Below, piece after piece: positions 14,171 to 26,270 of a stretch of 44,078 bases of DNA. The position numbers were made by a program, and so were the translations under genes. This stretch comes from Octopus bimaculoides. Lineage: Eukaryota. The stretch is taken from assembly GCF_001194135.2 (NCBI RefSeq), contig NC_068990.1, positions 35,691,086-35,735,163 on the forward strand, in the 5' to 3' direction. The notes beneath the pieces were generated by a model. It was not told where the DNA came from. It saw only the letters and a list, made by a program, of their open reading frames with translations, and did no database searches. The first letter of the stretch is position 1, and each line of letters opens with the position of its first letter.

Positions 14171-15014
14171 GGGAGGGAGAGAGAGAGGGAGCGTTTGGTT
14201 AGGCATGAGTTGTGTACGTAAGTCTATGTAAGTGGTGTGTGTATATATGTGTCTCTCTATGTGTGTGTGTGTGTATTTATGTGTGTGTGTGTGTGTGTGT
14301 GAGTGTGTAGTTGTGTATGTGAGTGTGTGTGTATATTATGTTCCTCTCTTTCTAACTGCTAAGATTAAAATATGTCAGTCCTTGTTAACGGCTGACACTG
14401 AATATTCCTTTTTTTTTTATTCTCTAATTTACCGTATCTGTTCCGTTCGCAAACATTCATTTGTTTACTGAAGTAATGCTTTTCTTCAATTTACAAAAAA
14501 ATGTTTGCGTTAAGAGCGACGTTACGCTTCTTAATAGGAGCCCTTCTATATCCAACATGAAACGAAGTTCTACCGCCTGGTCATCCATCTCCTAACCAAT
14601 ATACTTGCGATGAAAGTAACTATGGTTTTACAAACAATCACTTATCACTTTTTAGCTAAAACTTTTGTGTTAAGGACGGCCAGAACGTCCGCTGATTTAA
14701 AGCGAGAAAGATACTGTATATATTGACGTATGTAGATAGATAGACATACATATCGATAGATAATTAGACTGATAGAATGATAGATAGATAAATAGAAAAG
14801 GATATACAGACAGACAAGAAGATAAGCAGATATGTATTTGTGTATCAGTGTGCATACATACATACATACATACATACATACATACATGCATGCATACATA
14901 AACACACACGCATAGAAAGAGACAAAAAAGAGGGAAAGAAAAAAGGAGAGCGAGGGAGACGCGCATACGCATATTATTTTGAAAAAGTGGTAGTGAGATA
15001 AGTTTGACAGAGAG

Positions 15015-15136
<122 letters not shown>

Positions 15137-15259
15137 TTCTTTACATGCATGGATAATTAGAGATGTGCTATGTAACTAATTCGATTATTTGTCAAAGAAA
15201 TTTGAGGAATAGTTCTACTTTACACGGATTCTAATAATAGTCTCTTAGGTTTGCTGATG

Positions 15260-15650
15260 TTTAAAACTACTGGGTGAATGAATGGATCTATTTGATACGA
15301 ATGTTGACAGGCGGTTTCAAGTCTATGAAGACATCCTGTTTGAATGAATTGGCTACTCACCTATTCATTAAAGACTTGTTCTCGACAGGTCAGGAGTTAT
15401 GTGATAAAGAATGTCTCATTTGACTTGTATAACCAATCACAACGTTATCTTCGTTTGGGAAGCTTTTGTGTTGGACAGAAGAAAGCAAGTAATAAGGTAG
15501 TTGAATGGGTGAACTGAAGTACATTGACAAGAGTAGTGTGTGTATAGTGGTGGGTTCTGAGGAGAAAGAAGCGACATTGAAAGGAATAGATTAAAAGAGG
15601 AATTGAGAAATTGGAATGAAGATAATTTAGCAACGAATATCGGGAAAACA
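15260..15650 (+). pseudogene. Possible decayed Tc1-like transposase fragment
   Basis: EDILFE*IGYSP resembles EVLEWP.YSPDLNP; a later RLKEELRNWNE resembles the Tc1 C-terminal helix. Weak match. Confidence 0.3.
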
Positions 15651-16114
15651 GCTTGCTTCTATTCACACGTAGGAAAAAATAAATTGAGTGATTTCTTCAA
15701 ATTGTACATGCATCAAAAATTGAATTAGTTAAGTATTCCCTGAAGTTTTACTAACAAACCTTAATGAGACATATAAATTCAAAGATGGACAGAAAGCTAC
15801 AGGGTGTGGAGGAAAGTTGAAAAAGTGTAGTCTTCATTATTTGACTGTGGTATTTTATTGACCTCAAAATGAAAAAGAGTGAATCGACTTTATTGTGATT
15901 TTAACTCAAAACGTGAATGGATTCTGTACTCCATTGATATAATAAACGTATTTTTTTCCACTAAAACATATTTTGCATGTGTGTGGTGTATGCATCATGA
16001 GATTATTTTGAAACATTGACATGCACATATACACGCCTGTACATATGAATGTTTGTGTATATGTATGTGTGTTGCACGATTTCTGATGTGAAGTCGTGTG
16101 TTGAAATAGATTTG

Positions 16115-16306
16115 TTGTATTCGGAATAGTAGTTTTCTTTTCTATTTTGTTTTTTGCCAAACAAACACACGCACTATATATTCGTCTTTCAGTCGCTTAT
16201 TCTTGTTCTTATTCTAACTCAAGTCCATTGTCCGGAAATATTTCGTTACACATCTATGAGCTCCTCAGCGACACTTTCCTTCTTTGTGTGTGCTCTTGCT
16301 CAGCTT

Positions 16307-16341
<35 letters not shown>

Positions 16342-16573
16342 TCTTGCTTATTCTGTTCCATTCTGTTTTTTTATGGTAGAAGAACAGAATGGAATAAGCA
16401 GAAGAAGAAAACACACGAAGACGGAAAGTATCGCTGAGAAGACCACAGATGTGTAGTGAAAGATTTGCGGACAATGCACATGAGTTAGAATGAGAACAGT
16501 ATTAAACGAGGGAAAAATGAATATATAGTGCGTGTGTTTATTTGGCAAAAGAGAATAATAACCATACCGAAAT

Positions 16574-16578
<5 letters not shown>
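16115..16578. mobile_element. Inverted pair of a hammerhead-bearing repeat (arms about 16115-16283 and 16420-16578)
   Basis: tttgccaaacaaacacacgcactatatattc...ttctaactcaagtccattgtccggaaatatttc is the diverged reverse complement of 16420-16550. The spacer contains (TTTA)n. Confidence 0.85.
16230..16273 (-). ncRNA. Type I minimal hammerhead ribozyme candidate (core intact)
   Basis: Minus strand reads gtcg-CTGAGGA-gctcatagatgtgtaac-GAAA-tatt-TC^cggac. It has a canonical CUGANGA and GAAA, a G10.1-C11.1 pair, palindromic GAAATATTTC and a short helix I. Helix II is imperfect. Confidence 0.55.
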
Positions 16579-16607
<29 letters not shown>

Positions 16608-16947
16608 TTATGAGAGATAATGGTGTCAATAAGACCCAAAGGTGTCAGGTAATGCTGAGTAAGTGCTATGGACAGACCATAGTTAAGCCCCACGTTCGGT
16701 GATTGTGCGAATTTATCATAAATAAACTCTCGATTCAATAGAACTGTGTACAAACTCTATACCTGGAATGACTAATTTTAAATACCTTTGGAATTTACTC
16801 ACAAGTTATTGGAATCTTATATCTTTACCATTTTGCCTAAATAATGGATTTACGAATGCATATCTGACATCTATTTTCATTCCTCCACTTCACTCACTAT
16901 TTCATATCTTATCTAAATTAAATATTGCTTAACCATTTTCTCACACC

Positions 16948-16996
16948 GTCTCAGATGAAGGGATATAAAAAAATATCCCGGAAACAGCTGTAAGAT
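16948..16996 (+). ncRNA. Type I hammerhead ribozyme candidate (U4-to-A variant)
   Basis: gtct-CAGATGA-a-gggatat/aaaaaa/atatccc-g-GAAAC-agct-GTA^agat. Perfect 7-bp helix II, 2-bp helix III with palindromic AGCT loop, and 4-bp helix I including one G-U. Confidence 0.65.
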
Positions 16997-17555
16997 CTTC
17001 TATTCATAAATGTTCTAAGATCTTCACAACTTTGGTTTTTTATCTCATTCTGAAAAAAAAGATTATATATTTACAAATCTTTGGTTGGGCATGGGGCTAT
17101 AGAAACCAATTCTGCAAGATACAGCTTTGGGGAATTGAACGGAAGTCTACATGGTTCGAAAGAATATGTATTTACACACATGCACGCGTGTGCATACACA
17201 CGAACAAACAAAGAGAGCACTCTGAAGAAATATATTTCCTAAATCATAATCCCATTGAAATAGACAAGCACTTTTTTGAAGATTCATACCAGAATCACTG
17301 AACAAAAACTTCTGTAATAGATACGTCTTAGGTTTTATTGTTAAACCCCTTCGTAAAAAGGTTTAAACGCTTCTAAAACATTTGCAAACACAAACTATAA
17401 AACAGATTTAAAATCTAACGGAAATAAAACTTAACAAGCGAAAGGTCTAAGAATTAACTATTGAAGAACAAGAAAATAATAGTAGACCAGGAATCGTAAA
17501 TACAAACTAATGAGCAACAACACAACAAATATAATTATAAATAAAAACCACAGGA

Positions 17556-17595
17556 ACAATCTGACGATAGCAGGGGCGTGAAACTCCAGTCGTGT
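17556..17595 (+). ncRNA. Type I hammerhead ribozyme candidate
   Basis: acaat-CTGACGA-tagcaggggcgt-GAAAC-tcca-GTC^gtgt. Canonical core and GUC site with a 2-bp helix III. Helices I and II are imperfect. Confidence 0.55.
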
Positions 17596-17701
17596 CACAC
17601 AAGTTTAACTTCATAAACATTTTACTCAATCAAATGCACTGAGGTTCCGCCATCATTCGTTATACACAATTGAAAATTTGCACAAATACATACACCCATA
17701 T

Positions 17702-17763
<62 letters not shown>
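17702..17763. repeat. (AC)n microsatellite
   Basis: Read directly from the sequence. Confidence 0.97.
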
Positions 17764-17780
<17 letters not shown>

Positions 17781-18768
17781 GATATATATGTTTGTGCATG
17801 TGTATACGTAAGTATGTCTATGTAATAGATTGTGTTAGGCATGCAGTCTATTCTAGCCATTACGTAGAATTGAAAAAATATACCTGTGGGCGATAATTTC
17901 TATACCTACTAAAACTTGAATTATTGTAAACGACTGTAACAACAATTCGTTATAATCAGCTATATCTTGCTCTTAAAAGATTTTTATTCTCTTTTGTATG
18001 TACATAAACATTTTTTACATTTTCGGCAATTCTCCATGGTCTTGAAGTAGATTACGTTTGTTCAACTATCTCTCGTCTATATATCTTACTTACAGACGAA
18101 AACCGCCTCACATTCATCATGCTTTCTGACAAGCTGTATATCGCCATTAAAGTCAATACTATTTATCAAATACGCGTCTTTGGTTCCGATTGTGCTGCTT
18201 CCTAATTTGTTTTCTCGAGATATCCCATATTATCGCTCGATTAATTCTTGTACGATTGCTGTTTATACATACATACATATANNNNNNNNNNTATATATAT
18301 ATATACTTATTAGATGAATGCATGTCCGCCTGTGTATGTGTAAGCGTTCCTCTTTTACAGTTCTTGTTTAAATTTAGCCGATACAATTACATTATAAAGT
18401 CTGCGCACTCATTAAACGTATTTTGTGATACTTAGTTTTAATTCCATACGAAAGATAACGTAGAGGTTTTCTCAGGAATTTTCTGAAAGGAATAAAACTA
18501 AACATTTCTAGGTGTTTGCAATAACATTTGATGTTTCACAGCATAAAGTGAAGCTTTTAAAGCTTTGACTTGGATTTAAATTCTGTGACTCCAAACCAGA
18601 AAGTATTCACTTCATAACATAAATAAGTTATATTCATAATAGAAAGATACTTCATCTCTATTAATGTTCCTTTCTTTTATAGTACTCAGGATAAATATAA
18701 AAATAAGGGATCTAAACTGCTGTGAATGTCCATGCGGAGAAAGTATCAGACATTTATCCAACAAATAA

Positions 18769-19170
18769 ATATTAATTTCTATCCTGCTACTTCACCATCA
18801 AGGATTGCAATGGAAGAATCTTTCACGCAGATGCCTGGAAGCATGTAAAGTAAAGTTATTGGTGGTTAATGTTTTGGTTTTTGGTCCCTATCAACAATTA
18901 CCAATCAAGCTTATGTTCAAAAGAATTTTGCCACAACCATCTGAATCTTTACGGACATGTTCCTTGGACTTCTATTCCATTTTGTTCTCTGCGTACATGT
19001 TTTTAAAAGCTGCAATGCGATTAATTCCTATCTCTTGCAAGTATAATGAGCATGTTGATACTGGCTGCTTTGTGCAGTTGCTGATGGTATTTGAAGTAGC
19101 GCTGACATCATTCCATACATTGAACCACTAAGGTCTCTTCGTCTACATTGGTTGTAAGACTTCATAACTG
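18769..19170 (+). pseudogene. Decayed mariner transposase C-terminal fragment
   Basis: RILPQPSESLRTCSLDFY aligns without gaps to EVLPHPPYSPDLAPSDYY. The frame is stop-free from 18769 to 19128. Confidence 0.55.
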
Positions 19171-19499
19171 TCAGAAATGCTGAATAAAGCGGCTCGCTGT
19201 GCGGTAGTAACATCTATACAAATGTTTTCATCCACATGTCATTCAAACCTAAGAAGATTCCAGAATGTCTCAGAGCTATCAATATTTTTCGTGGACATGA
19301 CATTTTGTTAAATTAATTAATGAAGAAATGTCAAATATAATTTACTGAATACACAGGCATCTTATTGTGGCTTATCGTAAGGTTACACATGTCCTTGAGC
19401 TGAATACTATCAATGCGAAGTGAAGTGCAATAACCTTCGTTCACATCAAATTTGCAGTACTAGTTACCTATACAATCAGAAATGCTACACTTCATATGA

Positions 19500-19850
19500 A
19501 GAAAAGTAAGTGATATTGTGTGATTTCCATTTTCACGTTCATAAATGTAATATGCTGCAAGTAAAATTTGTACAATCAAGAATCGTTACTAAGTACAGTG
19601 CATTGTCGTACCTGACAATGTTATTAATGTAAATGAGAGTGTCCATCGGTGAAGTTCGACCATGCATCTGGATATATACGATCTGGCCCGGGGAAAATGT
19701 GAAAAAGAACATTATGTTGTACATGCATGAAAGTCTTTCTTCTTCACATCATCAATATTTTACACGAGAAAGTCCATCGCGTTAGACTAAGACAGCTTGG
19801 TACCAGTGATGTAGCAGGCATTGCTGTCAAAATACAAGCAGCGGAAACAA
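19500..19850 (-). pseudogene. Decayed coding relic: mariner-like, with a C-type lectin-like reading as the alternative
   Basis: VLFHIFPGPDRIYPDAW aligns to VLPHPPYSPDLAPSDFW. Other frames give NACYITGTKLS*SNAMDF and YYIYER, which recall C-type lectin motifs. Ambiguous. Confidence 0.3.
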
Positions 19851-19929
19851 ATACACAAGGCTTCTTGTCCCGAAACTTTAACAGTCTTACCAATCTACTG
19901 CCTTGTATTGCTACTTCTGTATTGATGTC

Positions 19930-20010
19930 GAAAAATGAAAGATAATGTTGATCTCGGCGAGATTTGACCTCAGAGTGAAGGGCTGAGGACAAATACTGCG
20001 AGGCACTTTA
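19930..20010 (-). mobile_element. SINE family A fragment
   Basis: The reverse complement ctgaggtcaaatctcgccgagatcaacattatctttcat matches the B-box/body of 6620-6660. Confidence 0.6.
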
Positions 20011-20799
20011 TCGAACTCTCTAACCATTATACCAATTCATCCCCATATTATGAATGAAGTTGAACATCTTACAGGTCAGATTTAGAACTTTTATTTATCT
20101 TTATTCAACACACAGCTTCAAATTTTTTGATGAGCTGTACCTCAAATTTTTAGATAAGCTATTTTCTTACCTATTACCTTTCACAGTGCATTAACTTCCA
20201 ATGTGAAGTGAAACCGTGATTGACGAGAGATGAGAAATGAATCTTCATTTCCCCAATATTTCATTGATATGTTATCAACTCCGATGTTATGAAAAATGAA
20301 TTTTAACCTCGGAAATGTTAAGGGGAGGCGAAACGATTTGTTGTTTTAGCAATTACCTCAATGTTTAAATTTCATTTCACTAAATAAGATGAAAATCAAA
20401 TAAGAGAAGAAAATGAGATTCTATGACAATCATGACTTTCTCAAATGTACTGGCAACGGGAATGAATTGATTTATTTTCAGCCAGTAATAAGAACCGTAG
20501 ACACAGGCTGAGTTAATGGAATTGCTCTTTATTATACAACGCTACTGAAATACTGAGATTCCTAATTTTAAAAGTCTTTACAAAAACTTCAAATATCAAA
20601 AGCTTTCATTGATCAATAATTATACACAACCGCTTACAGTATTACCAGTTCTCTCCTCTTTTTAAATCTGTTTCAATGGATTGTGCGTTTCCATGAAAAA
20701 TGGTATCTCTATTTTAATTGATGTAAAGTAGCATCTTTTTTTTTTAATTTAACAGGTTTTAACTTGTGGCAATATCGTCCATAAATCCATTAAATGTTG

Positions 20800-20885
20800 T
20801 TGTGCAGCTGTTGCTGTTGATGGTGCTATTGTTGTTGTTCTCGTCGTCGTAGTCGTTGTTGTTGTTGCTGCTTGTTGTTGTTGAT
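20800..20885. repeat. Degenerate (GTT)n/(GTC)n trinucleotide tract
   Basis: Read directly from the sequence. Confidence 0.85.
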
Positions 20886-21406
20886 AGAGTTAACACATTT
20901 CAGACGGTGCTTTGATAAAATGCGATTGACAGCTGTGTGATCTTGGTTCTCCTATTGCCTCAACCTCTTAGATCACCCTGTTAGATGCAGTAAAGGGATC
21001 TCCCACATGTATAATTCGGATAATGCCACATATTTTATAAAATTTCCTAATTCATCTTCAATATTCCATTTCCTAAACCGATCCTGGCATTAATGTGATT
21101 TCATGTTTATTTTAAACAGTTTTCTGCTATAGTTTAAAGATGATAACATTAATTTAGAATCTCATTTCTGGAACCACATTTCTGAAATATTTTCCGATAG
21201 CTTTCCAAATTATAATTTATTCGAGTTTATTTTGTATTCTATTATCAGTTCCGACCTGATGAATATTTATTAATTTCAATAAAAGAATTCTCAGCAATTG
21301 TTTCGATTGATATTATATAATACGATGAAAATTTCGTCATATAAAATTGGCATACATGTACACACAAGCGTACACACACGCAAATACAAATATATTTATG
21401 TATGCA

Positions 21407-21445
<39 letters not shown>

Positions 21446-22155
21446 ATATATATATATATATATATCTGTCTATCTATCTATCTATCTATTTATCTGTCTG
21501 TCTCTCTGTCTACTTTATTATTACTAAAGCTACGAAAACATCACAAAAATATCACAAAAAACTACTAATGAGAGTTTCACGTTCCCGTACATTGGACAGT
21601 TTAGAAAGCGTATTTCTCTACCTCCGGGATTCGTGTACTTTTTTTTGCCAATCTTTCTGTGCTTAATTTGGTGTATATATAAATATATATATCTATGTAT
21701 NNNNNNNNNNNNNNNNNNNNNNNNNNNNNNNNNNNNNNNNNNNNNNNNNNNNNNNNNNNNNNNNNNNNNNNNNNNNNNNNNNNNNNNNNNNNNNNNNNNN
21801 NNNNNNNNNNNNNNNNNNNNNNNNNNNNNNNNNNNNNNNNNNNNNNNNNNNNNNNNNNNNNNNNNNNNNNNNNNNNNNNNNNNNNNNNNNNNNNNNNNNN
21901 NNNNNNNNNNNNNNNNNNNNNNNNNNNNNNNNNNNNNNNNNNNNNNNNNNNNNNNNNNNNNNNNNNNNNNNNNNNNNNNNNNNNNNNNNNNNNNNNNNNN
22001 NNNNNNNNNNNNNNNNNNNNNNNNNNNNNNNNNNNNNNNNNNNNNNNNNNNNNNNNNNNNNNNNNNNNNNNNNNNNNNNNNNNNNNNNNNNNNNNNNNNN
22101 NNNNNNNNNNNNNNNNNNNNNNNNNNNNNNNNNNNNNNNNNNATATATATATAAA

Positions 22156-22711
22156 TGCAGAGTTATTCAAAGAGAAAGAACCAATTTTATTACGCAATTT
22201 TCTAATTAGGAAAAGCAATAGAAAATTCCAGCTAGGTCACAAGTATTTATTCTCAATCATTTTTCATTTCCTGTCTTACAAGTGTTCAATGTGGCCACCA
22301 TCTGCAGACCGGGCAACATCAATGCGATAGGAGAATTCCTCCCAGACGCGTATCAGCATATCACGATCCACTGAGTAGTTCTTTGCCTGTTTCGTTGAAT
22401 GCTCTATCGAAGATTCTCCATTTCCATTCTATGTCAATATTTTCTGGAATCGACTCAAGCGAAGCAAATGTATTCTTTAGTTCCATAATGAAGTTGCTTT
22501 TGACATGTGGATAAACGTCTGGGAGGAATTCTCCTATCGCATTGATGTTGCCCGGACTACAGATGGTGGCAACATTGAACACTTGTAAGATAAGAAATAA
22601 AAGTTGATTTTTGTGAGTAAATACTTGTGACTTAGTAGGAGTTTTGTATTGCTTTTCCTTATTAAAATATTGCGTAATGAAGTCGGTTCATTCCTTTTGA
22701 ATAACTCTGCA
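22156..22711. mobile_element. Fold-back element made of two inverted 3' ends of a Tc1/mariner-superfamily (maT/DD37D-like) transposon
   Basis: Arms at about 22156-22363 and 22501-22711 are diverged reverse complements with termini TGCAGAGTTATTCAA, set in TA-rich flanks. The left arm (minus) encodes VDRDMLIRVWEEFSYRIDVARSADGGHIEHL*. The right arm (plus, 22511-22588) encodes INVWEEFSYRIDVARTTDGGNIEHL*. Confidence 0.85.
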
Positions 22712-23144
22712 TATATANNNNNNNNNNNNNNNNNNNNNNNNNNNNNNNNNNNNNNNNNNNNNNNNNNNNNNNNNNNNNNNNNNNNNNNNNNNNNNNNNNN
22801 NNNNNNNNNNNNNNNNNNNNNNNNNNNNNNNNNNNNNNNNNNNNNNNNNNNNNNNNNNNNNNNNNNNNNNNNNNNNNNNNNNNNNNNNNNNNNNNNNNNN
22901 NNNNNNNNNNNNNNNNNNNNNNNNNNNNNNNNNNNNNNNNNNNNNNNNNNNNNNNNNNNNNNNNNNNNNNNNNNNNNNNNNNNNNNNNNNNNNNNNNNNN
23001 NNNNNNNNNNNNNNNNNNNNNNNNNNNNNNNNNNNNNNNNNNNNNNNGCATTGATACATACATACATACATGCATTGATACATACATACATACATACACA
23101 CATACATACATACATACACATACATACATACATACATACATACA

Positions 23145-23175
<31 letters not shown>

Positions 23176-23184
23176 GTATATCTA

Positions 23185-23860
23185 CATCTATCCATGAAAC
23201 TTCTTCGCATAGTATTAGAAGTAGGATCGTGGTAGTAGAATTATCAGACACCATTATAATAGTTTGAAGCAGGATTCCCAAGCGTGACCAACTGAGCTTA
23301 TGGATATTTTGTGCAAAAATCTCGACCCTGTTTTATCCTTAGGTCTCCTACTTGTTGACTTGGCTTAAAGAATCTAATTGCAATTTTTTCTGCGATATTT
23401 AAATCACGTGTCCAGAATTCGGCGTACTAGAGAGACACCTTTATCACTGAGCTATGCAGTCGGTCAAGTAACGTTATGCCAGAGATTTTTCAGAAGATCC
23501 CCATTTCTGTCATGTGTATTTGCAATCCTTCATTTTTCGCTATTAAACAATATTCATGTTTATATGTATGGATTGGTACGTGGACAGAATTGAAACAATA
23601 GAAAATACAGCTCTTTTACCAATATCTCTAGTTCTGAGGACCGCTTGCTATGGCAGGTGCATTACTGTGCCAGCACCTACAATTCTAGCAGCAGATTCAG
23701 CCTCTTGCTTCGCATCACTCGTGAATACGTTTCTCAGATAATTCAGCTTTTCTACTTGCCTCAGTGATACTTCCATAACATTCTCAGCTTACTGGGAAGA
23801 CTTGCATGAGAGAAACTGTTTCCTCACTATCATGCAACACTCAACAGAGAATTCATGCGG
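23185..23860 (-). mobile_element. 5'-truncated, decayed RTE-clade LINE (RT C-terminus and 3' end)
   Basis: Successive frames read LRQVEKLNYLRNVFTSDAKQEAESAARIVGAGTVM, QIHMTEMGIF*KISGITLLDRLHSSVIKVSL, SRRPKDK and LSWSRLGI. These match RTE motifs (QVEKFKYLG.VFTSDG, AEMGFLRRI.G.T.LD.VRSSVIR.SL, GRRPRGRP, LAWSRLGI). The 3' end runs into a (TATG)n tract. Confidence 0.85.
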
Positions 23861-24282
23861 GACATACCGTGGAAAAATACCACGTCATGCCAATATTCTC
23901 ACGATTTCTCGAAGTTTTGCCGTAGGATTCGTATATAGTAGTTGTATGTGTGTGTATATATTGTATGCTTATTATACACAAAATTCCATCTTCCAATTTT
24001 CATAAGCATCCGGACATCAGCATCAAGAAGGTCGGAGCAACGAAGTGCTATATGAAGGTTTTCTATGCAATTATATTCCTATAGCCTAAGTAAAATGTAC
24101 TCTCTTTTCTGTCTACACGTTATACCACTTGTTAAATTTATCCGTTTGCGCGCGCGCGCACACACACACGCACACAAACACACACCAGCACACATGTATA
24201 CACACTCACATGCACGCAACGCACTCACATCATACACACACAACTCTCTCTCTCTCTCTCTCTTTCTATCATGTATCTATCA

Positions 24283-24354
<72 letters not shown>

Positions 24355-24676
24355 NNNNNNNNNNNNNNNNNNNNNNNNNNNNNNNNNNNNNNNNNNNNNN
24401 NNNNNNNNNNNNNNNNNNNNNNNNNNNNNNNNNNNNNNNNNNNNNNNNNNNNNNNNNNNNNNNNNNNNNNNNNNNNNNNNNNNNNNNNNNNNNNNNNNNN
24501 NNNNNNNNNNNNNNNNNNNNNNNNNNNNNNNNNNNNNNNNNNNNNNNNNNNNNNNNNNNNNNNNNNNNNNNNNNNNNNNNNNNNNNNNNNNNNNNNNNNN
24601 NNNNNNNNNNNNNNNNNNNNNNNNNNNNNNNNNNNNNNNNNNNNNNNNNNNNNNNNNNNNNNNNNNNNNNNNNNNN

Positions 24677-24725
<49 letters not shown>

Positions 24726-25308
24726 AATATATATATATGTATATGTGAATATATAAATATATATATATATCTATGTATATGATACTGTGTTGTATCTACT
24801 ATTTCAAAACTTGCTTCATGGGAATGTTCTAAAGATATTCATAGTCTAATGACCTAAAGGGTTACGGGATTGATTACTGCCCATCTTATTAATGTATTAT
24901 AAATTCCATCATATATGTTAGAAATAATTATTATTAATGTTAGAAACAATCATTAATTCCATCATATTTCAATATCCCGACGTATCGTGATAGTGTAATG
25001 GAATTACACATAATTTTGTTGCACAGTTAGTGTCTGTCGAGACATGAATGATGGCATGGGCTCTGTGTTGGAGGAGCTGCATCAGTGATTAAATGAATCG
25101 CTATTTCATTCGGGATTACTGAATCAAAGTATAACTGTTTGGAACTATCTGTTTTATAAAGCTTTAAGTTGTACGCACGCACACACATACACACACACAC
25201 ATACACATACACACACACACACTCACACACACACATGAACACACGCAGGCACATATACATATCCGCAAACACAAACATATGCATGTAATTTAAAGCTTCA
25301 TATATATG

Positions 25309-25347
<39 letters not shown>

Positions 25348-26114
25348 NNNNNNNNNNNNNNNNNNNNNNNNNNNNNNNNNNNNNNNNNNNNNNNNNNNNN
25401 NNNNNNNNNNNNNNNNNNNNNNNNNNNNNNNNNNNNNNNNNNNNNNNNNNNNNNNNNNNNNNNNNNNNNNNNNNNNNNNNNNNNNNNNNNNNNNNNNNNN
25501 NNNNNNNNNNNNNNNNNNNNNNNNNNNNNNNNNNNNNNNNNNNNNNNNNNNNNNNNNNNNNNNNNNNNNNNNNNNNNNNNNNNNNNNNNNNNNNNNNNNN
25601 NNNNNNNNNNNNNNNNNNNNNNNNNNNNNNNNNNNNNNNNNNNNNNNNNNNNNNNNNNNNNNNTATATATATATAAATATATACACACTCACACCTATAT
25701 ATAAACTCGTACATGCACTCATATTGTAGTAGTAAACATATTGCTGTAGGGAGCAATGCTCTACTCCGATGCTACATCTAGAGATATGATTGCATTTAAA
25801 GTAATTTTCAGGCTTAACTGGTGTAGCAGTATATAAAAAGTTGCATCTGATTTGTAGCCATTTTGTCTTACATAGTTTCAGGGCATCCGGGTAGAAGACA
25901 CATGTCAAATTTCCAAACAGTAAATTCGAATATCAACCGTTATAATTATTCCTCCAAATTCTTAAATACTTTGTTATATACAGTGAAATGCTTGACACGG
26001 GTGATCGTTGTGAAAAAAAAAAAGAAAAACAGAATCTAAATCCATAATACGTTACTACTCTCGATCTAACCTTTCAGAGAAAGAGTAATGGTTTTCTATT
26101 AAAAATCACAATAA

Positions 26115-26270
26115 CTAAAATTTTGCGAGAGGGGTTAGTTGATTACGTCGACCCAGTGTTCAGCTGGTACTTTATTCTAATCGATCCTGAAAGGATGAAA
26201 GGTGAAGTCGAGCTGATAGGAATTTGAGCTCAAAACATGAAGATGGACAAATTACCTCCAAGTATTGTGT
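26115..26270 (-). mobile_element. SINE family A, 5'-eroded copy
   Basis: Reverse complement reads gagctcaaattcc...cacctttcatcctttcaggatcgat...taccagctgaacactgggtcgacgtaatcaactaacccctc. Confidence 0.75.
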
